In this document: positions 10,284 through 20,279 of the stretch, piece by piece
Numbering within the stretch: the stretch's first letter is position 1
Layout: each line of letters opens with the position of its first letter
Source of the DNA: Candidatus Multiplicimicrobium inquinatum
Lineage (GTDB): Bacteria > Omnitrophota > Omnitrophia > Omnitrophales > Aquincolibacteriaceae
Length of the DNA stretch: 64,000 nucleotides
Direction: 5' to 3'
Assembly: GCA_002344825.1 (NCBI GenBank)
Contig: DDUN01000006.1
Span: forward strand, 9,816-73,815
Notes under the pieces: generated by a model
What the model saw: only the letters and a program-made list of their open reading frames with translations
The model's database searches: none
What the model was told of the DNA's origin: nothing
Program-made: the position numbers and the translations under genes

Positions 10284-11555
10284 ATGAAGCTGACAATTAA
10301 GAAAGCTTTGGGGATTCTCGCTCTTGTTGCATTTATGCCTTCGATGGCTTTTGCACAAAGCGCGGATGTCAGTGCATTAGAAAACCAAGTAAAAGAGCTT
10401 ACCAAGAAGGTAGCTGCTCTTGAAGGCGCAAAGACGTCACAGTCTTCCTACGGTGCTGGCTATGTGATGCCGACCGAAGGTGATCAGGGTGGTCTTTTAC
10501 ATGCCGCACAGGATATTGACTTTGGCGGATATGTTGCGACAAGCTACACCAGCCACTTTGGTCAGAACAGCACTTGGCAGGGGCGTATTTTTGATGCCAA
10601 CGAAGGTTTCGCTGTCAATCAGGCGAACTTCTACTTCAAGAAAGATGCTCCAGCTGAAGGCGGAGCAGGTTTCAAAATCGATATTATTGCCGGCCGTGAC
10701 GCTCGCGTAATTGATTTCGCCGCGACCGCTGACAACGATGATTTTGCTTTCAACGAAGCTTATGTTGAAGTGAACACACCGTCTCTCCTCGGCGAAAGCG
10801 ATATTCTTCCGAGCATGATCAACTGGAAAGTTGGACGTATGTCCACTTTGGCTGGACGTGAAGTCATCAATCCCGCGGCAAACTGGAACATTTCCCGTTC
10901 TGTTGGCTTTGGTTTTGGTCTTCCGTTTACTCACACCGGTTTGCGCACTAACACAAAATGGTTCGGCGAAAAGCTGAATGTTTATGCTGGTGTGAACAAC
11001 GGTTGGGATGTTGACGTTGAGACTAACGATTTCCGTACTTTGGAATTCGGTCTTGGTGTTAATCTTCTTGAAAATCTGAGCTACTTCACCGCTATTTATT
11101 TCGGCCCTGAAACAGCTGGCATTTCTGATGATAAAACCTTTTTGTGGACACATGTCCTTGATTTGGCTGTCACAGATGCGCTTAAGTTAGGTGCTGAACT
11201 TAATTGGGGTCGCACAAACGATTTCGTAACCGCTGCGGGCAATTCTGAAAACGCTGAATTTGCTACGTTCGGTTTCTATGGTCGCTATCAGCTTGCTCCG
11301 AAATGGGCTGCTGCTCAGCGCTTCGAAATCTTCCGTGATATTGACGGATCACGCGGCGCAGGTTTTGGTTCAGGTTCAGGTTCTGGCACAGACACGATGT
11401 TTGGCTGGACTTCAACTCTTGAGTACACACCGTATGACAATTTGATCACCCGTCTCGAATACCGCTTGGATAAAGTGAATAGCGGAAACGGCACGATCTT
11501 TGGAACGGATAGTACACGTGGAACTCTTGCTGCTCAGATGATTTATACAATCTAA
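10284..11555 (+). CDS. putative outer-membrane beta-barrel porin with an N-terminal coiled-coil segment
   Basis: A signal peptide (AFMPSMAFA-QS) is followed by a heptad-like segment (ALENQVKELTKKVAALEG). The rest has alternating aromatic/Gly-rich beta-strand character and ends ...AQMIYTI. A strong intrinsic terminator follows. Confidence 0.55.
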   Translation: MKLTIKKALGILALVAFMPSMAFAQSADVSALENQVKELTKKVAALEGAKTSQSSYGAGYVMPTEGDQGGLLHAAQDIDFGGYVATSYTSHFGQNSTWQGRIFDANEGFAVNQANFYFKKDAPAEGGAGFKIDIIAGRDARVIDFAATADNDDFAFNEAYVEVNTPSLLGESDILPSMINWKVGRMSTLAGREVINPAANWNISRSVGFGFGLPFTHTGLRTNTKWFGEKLNVYAGVNNGWDVDVETNDFRTLEFGLGVNLLENLSYFTAIYFGPETAGISDDKTFLWTHVLDLAVTDALKLGAELNWGRTNDFVTAAGNSENAEFATFGFYGRYQLAPKWAAAQRFEIFRDIDGSRGAGFGSGSGSGTDTMFGWTSTLEYTPYDNLITRLEYRLDKVNSGNGTIFGTDSTRGTLAAQMIYTI

Positions 11556-11568
11556 GCAACTTGTTTTA

Positions 11569-11605
11569 AAAGCCCCGGATTTGAAAAAATCCGGGGCTTT
11601 TTTTG
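11569..11605 (+). terminator. Rho-independent terminator after the porin gene
   Basis: The stem AAAGCCCCGGATT / AATCCGGGGCTTT is followed by TTTTTTTG. Confidence 0.85.
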
Positions 11606-11688
11606 TCTTTTCCGTTTTGTGCCTTTGTTTTAAAGGCGGGATAATTTTTTCGATTGACCTTTTGCCTCTGTATTCATACACTAAAAAC

Positions 11689-12042
11689 ATGAAATCATTT
11701 TTAAAATCCATTCAGATTGTTTTTTTATTTGGAATTGGTGTTTTGTTTCTTTCAGGTTGCTTGCGTTCACCCGCGCGTCACCAGTTCGGTGATTACTCCA
11801 ATGCGGAGAAGTACTATGCTGAGGGAAAGTATGAAAAAGCGATCGAGTCTTATCAAAACTATATGGATAAGAATGAAGAGGGAAACCTTTCAATTATCGC
11901 TAAGTACTATACCGCGAAAAGTTATGTTGCTTTGCAGAAGAATGATCAAGCGAAGAAGTATTACCAGGAAATTATTAATCAGTATCCCGATCTGATTTGG
12001 GCTGAGCTTTCTAAGGAGCAGTTAAAAAACTTAGCCGGCTAG
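11689..12042 (+). CDS. TPR-repeat lipoprotein
   Basis: Has a lipobox (LFLSGC) followed by TPR-like helices (AEKYYAEGKYEKAIESYQNYM...AKKYYQEIINQYPD). The start is placed at ATG 11689 rather than the longer ORF. Confidence 0.55.
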   Translation: MKSFLKSIQIVFLFGIGVLFLSGCLRSPARHQFGDYSNAEKYYAEGKYEKAIESYQNYMDKNEEGNLSIIAKYYTAKSYVALQKNDQAKKYYQEIINQYPDLIWAELSKEQLKNLAG

Positions 12043-12087
12043 TCTTACTGAGTTTTTCCTCTCGACGCATTTTTTAAAGTTTTAGAT

Positions 12088-12479
12088 AGAATCAAGGGTG
12101 CTTTTTCGGATGACCGCTCCTTAAAGGAGAGGAAAGTCCGTGCTTCCAAGGACAGCCGTAGTGGGTAACGCCCATCTTCCGTAATATGCTGAAGGTGCAA
12201 ATCATCGGCGGAAAGCGGAACGGATCAGAGCCACAGAGACGAGTCTTTTTGAGGGTAAACCCTCGAAAAGGGTGAAACGCGGCAATCTCTACGGGGAAGA
12301 AAGGCTAAACGGAAAAGACCAGCAATGGGAAGCGGTCCGCTTCAACCCCGAGGTAACGGAGGGTTTCTTTTCGGGTAAGCCGCTAGCGAAGCTTCGTAAG
12401 GAGCTTTCAAGATAGATGGTCATCGTTTGCTGTAAAGCAAATACAGAACACGGCTTATAGAAAAGGTGCTCTTGATTCT
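12088..12479 (+). ncRNA. rnpB: RNase P RNA (bacterial type A-like)
   Basis: Contains the conserved P4 strands GAGGAAAGTCCGtGCT and ACAGAAcaCGGCTTA, plus GGGTAACGCC and AGGGTGAAACG. The P1 helix is AGAATCAAG (12088-12096) pairing with CTTGATTCT (12471-12479). The overlapping minus-strand ORF 12289..12576 is spurious. Confidence 0.85.
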
Positions 12480-12498
12480 GTTCTCTCGCCTCTTTTTT

Positions 12499-12523
12499 GC
12501 TCTGCGCCTGTGGCGCAACTGCG
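12499..12523 (+). repeat. short hairpin motif, family 1 copy (GCTCTGCGCC-tgt-GGCGCAACTGCG) just 3' of rnpB
   Basis: Same flanks as the other family-1 copies. Confidence 0.6.
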
Positions 12524-12594
12524 TAAGCACCCTTGATTTTGCTCAAGCGCATTTTTTTGTCTATGCCACACCCCAAAAATGAGTATGTAGTAGC

Positions 12595-12623
12595 TTGACA
12601 AAAGAGCGAAGTGAAAGTATCAT
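12595..12623 (+). promoter_or_regulatory. strong sigma-70 consensus-like promoter (TTGACA-N17-TATCAT), likely the pyr operon promoter
   Basis: The -35 TTGACA lies at 12595-12600 and the -10 TATCAT at 12618-12623, with a 17-nt spacer. Confidence 0.6.
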
Positions 12624-12733
12624 CCCTCAGCTCGAAGCGGTGATTTTAGCCGCCAAGACCTTTTAAGACGGTGCTGTGACGCTGTCAAAGGAACATCAGT
12701 GAATTTACTAGCATACAATTTGCGTTTGTTGTC

Positions 12734-12768
12734 GTCCCTGCTTAATTTCCTAGGCAGGGTCTTTTTTT
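12734..12768 (+). terminator. intrinsic terminator / attenuator hairpin in the pyr leader
   Basis: GTCCCTGC...GCAGGGTC is followed by TTTTTTTG. It lies between the promoter and pyrR, as expected for PyrR-mediated attenuation. Confidence 0.6.
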
Positions 12769-12772
12769 GTCT

Positions 12773-12796
12773 CGGCTCTGGCCTTCGGCCAACCGC
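12773..12796 (+). repeat. short hairpin motif, family 1 copy (GGCTCTGGCC-ttc-GGCCAACCGC) in the pyr leader
   Basis: Conserved flanks with a different, self-complementary stem. Confidence 0.55.
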
Positions 12797-12805
12797 ATTT
12801 TGTCT

Positions 12806-12830
12806 TGGCTCTGAGCTTCGCTCAACCGCC
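12806..12830 (+). repeat. short hairpin motif, family 1 copy (GGCTCTGAGC-ttc-GCTCAACCGCC) in the pyr leader
   Basis: A tandem second copy, again with a compensatory stem. Confidence 0.55.
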
Positions 12831-12876
12831 CGGCTGTCTTTTGCCTCATCCTCTTTTTTTCAAAACAGGGTGGCAC

Positions 12877-13425
12877 ATGCCTAAGACTTTTCTTGATTCA
12901 ACCGAAATTCAGCGCGCGGTAGTGCGTATTGCACATGAAATTTTAGAACGCAACCATGACGTGAATAATTTGGCGATCGTGGGCGTTCGTACCCGCGGGG
13001 TTTTTATTGCCGAGAGAATCCGCAATAAAATACAAGAAATCAAATCATTTCAACTTCCTTTCGGTATTTTAGATATCACGCTTTACCGCGATGACTTAAG
13101 TGAAGTCGGAGTTCATCCTCAGCTCAAAGAAACGGATATTCCTTTTGATTTGCATGATCGCACCATTGTTTTGGTGGATGATGTTTTATTTACGGGACGT
13201 ACGATTCGGGCTGCGCTCAATGCTATTTCAGATTTTGGCCGGCCGCGCGCGGTTCAACTCGCCGTGCTTGTCGACCGTGGGCACCGCGAGCTTCCGATTA
13301 AAGCAGATTTTGTCGGAAAAAATATTCCGACTTCGCGACAAGAAAAAGTTTTGATTCATTTGCAGGAAACAGACGGGAAGGATGAAGCGTTAATTTTGCC
13401 GGTAGCCGGCGAGGTGATTTCATGA
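12877..13425 (+). CDS. pyrR: bifunctional pyrimidine operon regulator / uracil phosphoribosyltransferase PyrR
   Basis: Has the PRTase motif (IVLVDDVLFTGRTIRAA) and a PyrR-like N-terminus. It is the first gene of the pyr cluster. The ATG at 12877 follows a purine-rich RBS. Confidence 0.9.
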   Translation: MPKTFLDSTEIQRAVVRIAHEILERNHDVNNLAIVGVRTRGVFIAERIRNKIQEIKSFQLPFGILDITLYRDDLSEVGVHPQLKETDIPFDLHDRTIVLVDDVLFTGRTIRAALNAISDFGRPRAVQLAVLVDRGHRELPIKADFVGKNIPTSRQEKVLIHLQETDGKDEALILPVAGEVIS

Positions 13426-14378
13426 ACCAATCCGCCTGGAAGCGCAAAGACCTGATCGGATTACGCGATCTTTCTAAAGAAGAAATTGAGTTGATTTTGG
13501 ATACGGCAGCATCTTTCAGCGAAGTTTCACAGCGGTCGGTAAAAAAAGTGCCCGCACTTCGCGGAAAAACAGTCGTGAATCTTTTTCTTGAGCCGAGTAC
13601 GCGTACCCGCATGTCATTTGAATTAGCCGAGAAACGTTTGAGCGCGGACACGCTTGGTATGACCGGTTCGGTATCGAGTATGACCAAGGGTGAGTCGTTG
13701 CGCGATACCGCTCAGAATATCGAAGCGCTGAAAGTGGATTTGATCGTGATGCGTCATCCTTCCTCGGGTGCCGCTTATCGGTTGTCGCAGTACACAAGCA
13801 AAGGTGTTGTGAACGCGGGCGACGGTATCAATGAGCATCCCACTCAGGCGCTAATCGACATTTTTACTATTCGTGAACTGAAAAAAAATGTCAAAGGGCT
13901 TAAGATTGTTTATCTTGGCGACATTTTGCATTCACGGGTCGCACGGTCGAATATTTGGGGATTAACGAAGCTTGGCGCGCAGGTGGTTGTTTGCGGTCCC
14001 AAAACCCTTATTCCCAAGGGCATTGAAGAGCTCGGCGTGAAAGTGGAACACAATCCCGCTAAAGCGGTACAAGATGCCGATGCGGTGACTTTGCTCCGTA
14101 TCCAGCTCGAACGGCAAAATGAAAGTTTATTTCCGAGTTTGCGCGAATACTCGGACACTTACGGAATGAATGAAAAACTTTTTATGCGAGCGAAGCCGGA
14201 TGCAATTTTGATGCATCCGGGACCGGTGAATCGCGGTGTTGAAATCGAAAACTCGCTCGCGGACAGCCCTCGCTCGGTGATTTTAAGACAGGTAACCAAC
14301 GGGATTGCCGTGCGTATGGCGGTTCTTTATCTCTTGAGCGGAGCGGCTTCGATTGACGGGGGAGGTTCGCATGAGTAA
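13422..14378 (+). CDS. pyrB: aspartate carbamoyltransferase catalytic subunit
   Basis: Carries the STRTR, HPTQ and HPGP motifs. Its start overlaps the pyrR stop (ATGA). Confidence 0.9.
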   Translation: MNQSAWKRKDLIGLRDLSKEEIELILDTAASFSEVSQRSVKKVPALRGKTVVNLFLEPSTRTRMSFELAEKRLSADTLGMTGSVSSMTKGESLRDTAQNIEALKVDLIVMRHPSSGAAYRLSQYTSKGVVNAGDGINEHPTQALIDIFTIRELKKNVKGLKIVYLGDILHSRVARSNIWGLTKLGAQVVVCGPKTLIPKGIEELGVKVEHNPAKAVQDADAVTLLRIQLERQNESLFPSLREYSDTYGMNEKLFMRAKPDAILMHPGPVNRGVEIENSLADSPRSVILRQVTNGIAVRMAVLYLLSGAASIDGGGSHE

Positions 14379-15681
14379 CGGATTGCATCGCCGGCAGGCA
14401 AAAAATTTGGTGATCCGTAACGCGCATGTTGTGGATCCCTTTCACAAAATTAATGACGTGCTCGAGCTTTATATCAAGAACGGAAAAGTCCAGAAGTGGG
14501 GCAAGAAGGTGGATGCTCCCGCCGACGCCGATGTGTTTGACGCCAAAGGACTGTATCTTTTTCCGGGGTTCATTGATTTGCAGGTTCATTTCCGCGATCC
14601 CGGATTTGAAAACAAAGAAACGATTGAAAGCGGAGTTCAGGAAGCAATTGCGGGCGGATTCGCGGGGTGCGTGACTATGCCGAATACCAAGCCCGCGTGC
14701 GACAATGAACAGGTTGTGAAATATCAAATCGACCGCGGCGCGTTGAGCGACTTTAATATTTTTCCCGCCGGTGCTTTGACACAAGGAGTCGGAGGTCAAA
14801 AAATAGCTGAAATTTCTGAAATGAAAATTGCGGGCGCGGTGGCGGTGACGGATGGATCCAGCTGGCTGCAAGACTCCGGTGTTGCGCGCAGGGCCTATGA
14901 GTATGCGACCACTTATGATTTGGTGGTGATGTCGCAGGCCGAAGACAATCGATTGAGCGCGGCCGGAGTGATGAATGAAAGTGTGGTCTCAACCCGCTTG
15001 GGCTTACGCGGCCGTCCCGGTGCCGCTGAAGACATTGCGATTGCAAGAGATTTGGAATTGGCGCGTTTAACAGGATGTCGTCTCCATCTGATGAGTGTTT
15101 CGACCAAACGGGCGGTGGAGTATATCCGCGAAGCAAAGCAGGAAGGCATCACCGTGACCGCGCAGGTGACACCGCATCATTTGATGATGACCGAAGATGA
15201 CTTTGTGACTTATGACACCAATTTTAAAATGAGCCCGCCCTTGCGCAGCGTTGAGGACCAAAAAGCAATTTTGGAAGGGTTGAAAGACGGGACGATTGAT
15301 GTGATTGGTTCGGATCACTCGCCGCACGCGGCGGAAGAAAAAGATATGGATGTAGAAGTGGCGCCGGACGGAGTTGTGGGGTTGACTTCTTACTTTGGCG
15401 CGGTGATGACGGCTTTATATCATGGGCAGAAAATTCCTCTGATGGAGATCGTTAGAAAAATGAGTCTTCGCCCAAGTGAAATTATCGGCAAGAATAAGTT
15501 TGGAAGATTAGGCGAGGGAGAGCTTGCCAACTTTGTTTTGGCGGATTTGAATCATGAATGGGTTTTTGAGAAAAAGCATATTTTTTCAAAATCAAAAAAC
15601 TCTTGTTTCCTGGGCAGAAAATTTAAAGGCAAGGTATTTCATAATTTTGTAAACGGCTATCACTACGACTTGACCAAGTAA
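14371..15681 (+). CDS. pyrC: dihydroorotase
   Basis: Shows the metal-binding DLQVHFRDPG pattern of the amidohydrolase fold. The RBS GGAGG precedes an ATG at 14371. Confidence 0.85.
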   Translation: MSNGLHRRQAKNLVIRNAHVVDPFHKINDVLELYIKNGKVQKWGKKVDAPADADVFDAKGLYLFPGFIDLQVHFRDPGFENKETIESGVQEAIAGGFAGCVTMPNTKPACDNEQVVKYQIDRGALSDFNIFPAGALTQGVGGQKIAEISEMKIAGAVAVTDGSSWLQDSGVARRAYEYATTYDLVVMSQAEDNRLSAAGVMNESVVSTRLGLRGRPGAAEDIAIARDLELARLTGCRLHLMSVSTKRAVEYIREAKQEGITVTAQVTPHHLMMTEDDFVTYDTNFKMSPPLRSVEDQKAILEGLKDGTIDVIGSDHSPHAAEEKDMDVEVAPDGVVGLTSYFGAVMTALYHGQKIPLMEIVRKMSLRPSEIIGKNKFGRLGEGELANFVLADLNHEWVFEKKHIFSKSKNSCFLGRKFKGKVFHNFVNGYHYDLTK

Positions 15682-15691
15682 TGAAAAAGTC

Positions 15692-15778
15692 CATTTGCTG
15701 CTTTACAAGCTGCGCTTCTTTGTGCGGCGTAAGTTTTTACTACGCCTCCGCAGGCGCTTGCTTGCGCATTGCAACTGG
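15692..15778 (+). repeat. intergenic repeat, family 2 copy, just after the pyrC stop
   Basis: Carries ccatttgctgctttacaagctgcgcttctttgtgcggcgtaag-tttttac-tacgcctccgcaggcgcttgcttgcgcattgcaactgg. Confidence 0.6.
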
Positions 15779-15823
15779 ATCTTTTTCCTTCACTTGTTCT
15801 TAAAACAATTTTAGGTATTTTTT

Positions 15824-16942
15824 ATGAAAGCATTTTTAGCATTAGAAGACGGATTGATTTTTGAGGGCGAAGGTTTTGGGGCAGAAACCGAAATCTTCGG
15901 CGAGGTAGTTTTTAATACTTCGTTGACCGGGTATCAGGAGATTTTGACGGACCCTTCTTATAAGGGACAGATTGTGGTTATGACTAACCCGCATATCGGT
16001 AATTATGGAATTAACTCCGAAGACGCGGAATCTCACCGCCCCTGGGCTGAAGGATTTGTAGTGCGAGAACTGAGCCCCGTGGTCAGCAATTATCGTTCGC
16101 AGGAATCTTTACATGATTATTTGAAGCGGAATAATATGCCCGGCATTCAGGGAATTGATACACGCAAATTAGTGAAACATTTGCGGACGCATGGTGCTAA
16201 GAAGGGTATTTTGACCACCAAGGAATCCGATCCAAAAAAATTGGTTCAAAAAGCCAAAGATTCTCCGAGTATTGTCGGCGTGGATTTGGTGCGGGAAGTG
16301 AGCTGCACCAAAGCCTATGACTTTAACGAAACGATGCCCGTTGGATTTGAGTGGGGCAAAAAAAATACGCAGAAGTATCAGGTTGTCGCGATTGATAGCG
16401 GAATTAAATACAATATCTTACGTTTGTTGAATCGGCATGGATTTAAAGTGAAGGTCGTTCCGGCGGATACCACTGCCGAAGAAATTTTAAAAATGAAACC
16501 GGACGGTGTTTTTCTTTCGAATGGACCCGGAGATCCGGCGGCGGTGACTTACTTGGTTTCGACCGTCAAAAAACTGATCGGCAAAGTACCGCTTTTCGGA
16601 ATTTGTCTGGGGCACCAGATGATTGGGTTGGCTTTGGGCGCGACGACTTCGAAATTGAAGTTCGGTCATCGCGGAGGCAATCATCCCGTTATGGACTTAA
16701 CGACCAAGAAAATTGAGATCACTTCACAAAACCATGGTTTTGTGGTGGATGTGGATACTTTGCCCAAGGGTGAAGTCGAAGTGACGCACATTAATTTGAA
16801 TGATAAAACCCTCGAAGGGTTGAGCCATAAAAAGCATCCTCTTTTTTCGGTTCAGTATCATCCTGAAAATTCGCCGGGTCCGCACGACAGTCATTATTTA
16901 TTCGAACGGTTTTATGATTTAGTGGCGGCGAACACAAAGTAA
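15824..16942 (+). CDS. carA: carbamoyl-phosphate synthase small (glutaminase) subunit
   Basis: Has the class-I GATase motifs (GICLGHQ, HGF..., YHPE). Confidence 0.9.
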   Translation: MKAFLALEDGLIFEGEGFGAETEIFGEVVFNTSLTGYQEILTDPSYKGQIVVMTNPHIGNYGINSEDAESHRPWAEGFVVRELSPVVSNYRSQESLHDYLKRNNMPGIQGIDTRKLVKHLRTHGAKKGILTTKESDPKKLVQKAKDSPSIVGVDLVREVSCTKAYDFNETMPVGFEWGKKNTQKYQVVAIDSGIKYNILRLLNRHGFKVKVVPADTTAEEILKMKPDGVFLSNGPGDPAAVTYLVSTVKKLIGKVPLFGICLGHQMIGLALGATTSKLKFGHRGGNHPVMDLTTKKIEITSQNHGFVVDVDTLPKGEVEVTHINLNDKTLEGLSHKKHPLFSVQYHPENSPGPHDSHYLFERFYDLVAANTK

Positions 16943-16977
16943 GTTTTTATAAATACAAAAAATTATCGGAACCATTT

Positions 16978-19900
16978 ATGCCAAAAAGAACAGATCTTAA
17001 GAAAATTCTCATAATCGGCTCCGGGCCGATCATCATCGGACAAGCTTGTGAATTTGACTACTCGGGAGTTCAGGCGATCAAGTCACTGAAAGAAGAAGGC
17101 TATCAGGTTATTTTGATCAACTCCAACCCCGCAACAATCATGACCGATCCCGAAATGGCGGATGCGGTTTATATTGAGCCGCTGACGGTGGAGTTTCTTG
17201 AGAAGGTTATTGCGAAAGAGCGTCCCGATGCCGTGCTTCCGACCATGGGCGGACAAACCGGCCTTAATTTGGCGGTGGAAGCTTATGAAAAAGGCATTTT
17301 CAAGAAATACAATGTCGAGATGATCGGCGCGAAGTATGAAGCGATCAAAAAAGCCGAAGACCGCGAGCTCTTTAAAAAGGCGATGCAGAAAATCGGTTTG
17401 GATTTACCCGTCAGCCAATTCGCGACGTCCGTTGATGAGGCGGTGAAGGTTGCGAATAAAATCGGCTATCCTGTGATTGTGCGCGCCAGCTTTACTCTGG
17501 GTGGTTCCGGCAGCGGTATCTGCGCCAATGAAGAAGAATTGCGCAAGGTCGCGAAAACCGGAATTGATTACAGCCCCATTCATCAAGTGCTTGTTGAAGA
17601 ATCTATTTTTGGCTGGAAAGAATATGAGCTCGAAGTCATGCGCGACACCAAAGATAATTTTGTCGTGATTTGTTCGATTGAAAATTTCGATCCGATGGGC
17701 GTGCACACGGGTGATTCGATTACCGTCGCACCGTCGCAAACTTTGACCGACAAAGAGTATCAGCGTATGCGTGATGCCGCTAAAGCGGTGATGACTGAAA
17801 TTGGCGTAGAAACCGGCGGTTCGAACGTGCAGTTCGCGGTGAATCCCAAAGACGGCCGCATGACCATTATTGAAATGAATCCGCGGGTTTCGCGTTCCTC
17901 GGCTTTGGCATCCAAAGCCACGGGATTTCCGATCGCGAAGTTTTCAGCTAAGCTTGCTGTTGGTTTGACTCTGGATGAAATTCCCAATGATATTACTAAG
18001 TACACACCGGCTTCGTTTGAACCTTCCATTGATTATTGCGTTGTAAAAATTCCGCGTTTTGCTTTTGAAAAGTTCGAAGGCGTGGATAGCCGGCTTTCGT
18101 CTCAGATGAAATCGGTTGGGGAAGTGATGTCGATCGGCAGTACTTTTAAGGAAGCTTTCCAAAAAGGACTGCGCTCGCTTGAAACCAAACGGTTTGGTTT
18201 AGGTGCGGACGGAAAAGATAAAGTTTTCGATTTAGCGCTAAATACCCGCGAAGCCTATCTCGAGTTTTGTCAGACTGCCCCTAAGGACGCGGCGCTCAAG
18301 AAAAAACTTTTGGATGAAATCAAGGTGCCTCGTGATGGTCGTCCCTTTAATTTGAAATATGCTTTTCTTGCCGGCGCGACCGTGGAAGAAATTTTTGAAG
18401 CTTCATTTATTGATCCTTGGTTTTTGCACCAGCTGAAACAAATCATTGACTTAGAAAAAGAGTTGATCGACGCCAAGGAATCTCAGCGTAAAACTCTTTT
18501 ACGCAAAGCAAAGAAGTATGGGTTTTCTGACCGGCAGCTGGCATTTTTGTGGGGCAAAAAAGAAAATGAAGTCCGTGTGATGCGTAAAGCGGAAAAGATA
18601 ATTCCCGTTTATAAGCTGGTGGATACCTGTGCCGCGGAATTTCAGGCTTTTACGCCTTACTTTTATTCGACCTATCAGGATGAAGATGAAGTGGTTGTGA
18701 CACCGAAGAAAAAAGTCATGATCTTAGGCGGCGGCCCGAATCGAATTGGGCAGGGGATTGAATTTGACTATTGTTGTGTGCACGCGGTCATGGCGCTTAA
18801 AGAAAAAGGTTATGAAACCATCATGGTCAACTCGAATCCCGAAACTGTTAGTACGGATTATGACACGGCGGATAAGCTCTACTTCGAACCTTTGACGCTC
18901 GAAGATGTGCTGAATATTTATGAAAAAGAACAGCCGATCGGCGTGATTCCGCAATTGGGCGGACAAACTCCGCTTAATCTGGCGAGAGGCTTGGCGGATA
19001 ATGGCGTGCGTATTTTAGGAACTTCCGTGGAGTCGATTGAACGCGCCGAAGACCGCGATCTGTTTAAGCAGCTGCTTCAGAAAATCGGATTGCGCCAGCC
19101 CGCTAATGGTATTGCTACCAGCTTCGCCGAAGCTTGTGTTGTGGCCAAAGAAATCGGATACCCCGTGGTGGTTCGTCCGTCGTTTGTTTTGGGCGGCCGC
19201 GCGATGGAAATCGCTTACGATGAAGCTCAGCTTAAAAAATTTATGAAGCAGGCCGTGGAAGCCAGTGATAACCATCCTATTTTGATCGACAAGTTTTTGG
19301 AAAGCGCGACGGAATCGGATGTGGACTTAATCTCTGATGGAAAAATAAGTGTCGTGGGTGCCGTGATGGAGCATATCGAAGAAGCAGGGATTCATTCGGG
19401 AGATTCTGCTTCGGTCATTCCGCCGTATTCACTGTCACCCATGGTGGTTCAGGAAATTACACAGAAAACCAAAGAGCTCGCGAAGGAATTGAATGTAATC
19501 GGCTTGATGAATGTGCAGTATGCCGTGGTTCGTGATCAGGTTTACTGCCTGGAAGTAAATCCGCGAGCTTCGCGCTCCATGCCTTTTGTAAGTAAGACGA
19601 TCGGTGTTCCGCTTGCGAAGCTTGCCGCTAAAATTATGGTGGGCGATACGCTTGAAAAATTAGGGTATACAGCTGAAATTCATCCGCCTTATGTGACCGT
19701 GAAAGAATCTGTTTTTCCTTTTGTGAAGTTTCCGGGCGTAGATATTATTCTTTCGCCTGAAATGAAATCGACCGGAGAGGTCATGGGAATTGATCGTGAC
19801 TTCGCGCGCGCTTTTTATAAGTCGCAGGAAGCGTCGATGGCACACATTCCGGAAAAAGGAAATGTGTTTATCAGTGTGAAAGACACCGATAAGGTTGCGA

Positions 19901-20277
19901 TTATTGATATTGCGCAGGGTTTTGAAAAATTGGGTTATCGTATTTTTTCGACTCGCGGAACGGCTGCGGTTTTACGCGAGCATGGCGTTTCAGTTGAAGA
20001 ACTAAAGAAGTTAAGCGATGGAAGTCCCAACGCGGCGGAATTGATCCGTGAACAGAAAATCGATTTGATTATTAATACGCCCAACGGTAAAGGCCCGATG
20101 TTGGATGAAGCCAAAATTCGTTCTCTGGCTGTTTCATTTAAAGTGCCCTGTATCACAACGATTCGCATGGCCAAGGCCGCTGTCTTTGGATTGCAGGCCG
20201 TGCGCGGTGCGCAGCTCGAAGTGAACCCGATCAGCTACTACCATGAGGAATGCCGCCGCATGACTGCGCGCGTTTGA
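16978..20277 (+). CDS. carB: carbamoyl-phosphate synthase large subunit
   Basis: 1099 aa with duplicated ATP-grasp halves and a C-terminal MGS-like domain. Confidence 0.95.
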   Translation: MPKRTDLKKILIIGSGPIIIGQACEFDYSGVQAIKSLKEEGYQVILINSNPATIMTDPEMADAVYIEPLTVEFLEKVIAKERPDAVLPTMGGQTGLNLAVEAYEKGIFKKYNVEMIGAKYEAIKKAEDRELFKKAMQKIGLDLPVSQFATSVDEAVKVANKIGYPVIVRASFTLGGSGSGICANEEELRKVAKTGIDYSPIHQVLVEESIFGWKEYELEVMRDTKDNFVVICSIENFDPMGVHTGDSITVAPSQTLTDKEYQRMRDAAKAVMTEIGVETGGSNVQFAVNPKDGRMTIIEMNPRVSRSSALASKATGFPIAKFSAKLAVGLTLDEIPNDITKYTPASFEPSIDYCVVKIPRFAFEKFEGVDSRLSSQMKSVGEVMSIGSTFKEAFQKGLRSLETKRFGLGADGKDKVFDLALNTREAYLEFCQTAPKDAALKKKLLDEIKVPRDGRPFNLKYAFLAGATVEEIFEASFIDPWFLHQLKQIIDLEKELIDAKESQRKTLLRKAKKYGFSDRQLAFLWGKKENEVRVMRKAEKIIPVYKLVDTCAAEFQAFTPYFYSTYQDEDEVVVTPKKKVMILGGGPNRIGQGIEFDYCCVHAVMALKEKGYETIMVNSNPETVSTDYDTADKLYFEPLTLEDVLNIYEKEQPIGVIPQLGGQTPLNLARGLADNGVRILGTSVESIERAEDRDLFKQLLQKIGLRQPANGIATSFAEACVVAKEIGYPVVVRPSFVLGGRAMEIAYDEAQLKKFMKQAVEASDNHPILIDKFLESATESDVDLISDGKISVVGAVMEHIEEAGIHSGDSASVIPPYSLSPMVVQEITQKTKELAKELNVIGLMNVQYAVVRDQVYCLEVNPRASRSMPFVSKTIGVPLAKLAAKIMVGDTLEKLGYTAEIHPPYVTVKESVFPFVKFPGVDIILSPEMKSTGEVMGIDRDFARAFYKSQEASMAHIPEKGNVFISVKDTDKVAIIDIAQGFEKLGYRIFSTRGTAAVLREHGVSVEELKKLSDGSPNAAELIREQKIDLIINTPNGKGPMLDEAKIRSLAVSFKVPCITTIRMAKAAVFGLQAVRGAQLEVNPISYYHEECRRMTARV

Positions 20278-20279
20278 TC

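Noticed and set aside
10497-11153. 218-aa minus-strand ORF
   Set aside because: It is antisense to the porin-like gene, which has a signal peptide, an RBS, a promoter and a terminator on the + strand.
11581-11688. N-terminal extension of the TPR lipoprotein ORF (start at 11581)
   Set aside because: The extension overlaps the porin terminator hairpin. The ATG at 11689 gives a canonical lipoprotein signal peptide.
12289-12576. 95-aa minus-strand ORF
   Set aside because: It lies entirely within, or immediately 3' of, the RNase P RNA gene, which explains the sequence conservation.
12699-12884. 61-aa GTG-initiated ORF spanning the pyr leader terminator and both hairpin copies, considered as a possible attenuation leader peptide
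   Set aside because: PyrR-type attenuation needs no leader peptide. The ORF uses a GTG start with a weak RBS, ends inside pyrR and has low-complexity content. I kept it only as a note under the pyr-leader finding.
14182-14871. 229-aa minus-strand ORF
   Set aside because: It is antisense to the pyrB/pyrC junction, and both + strand genes have strong family signatures.
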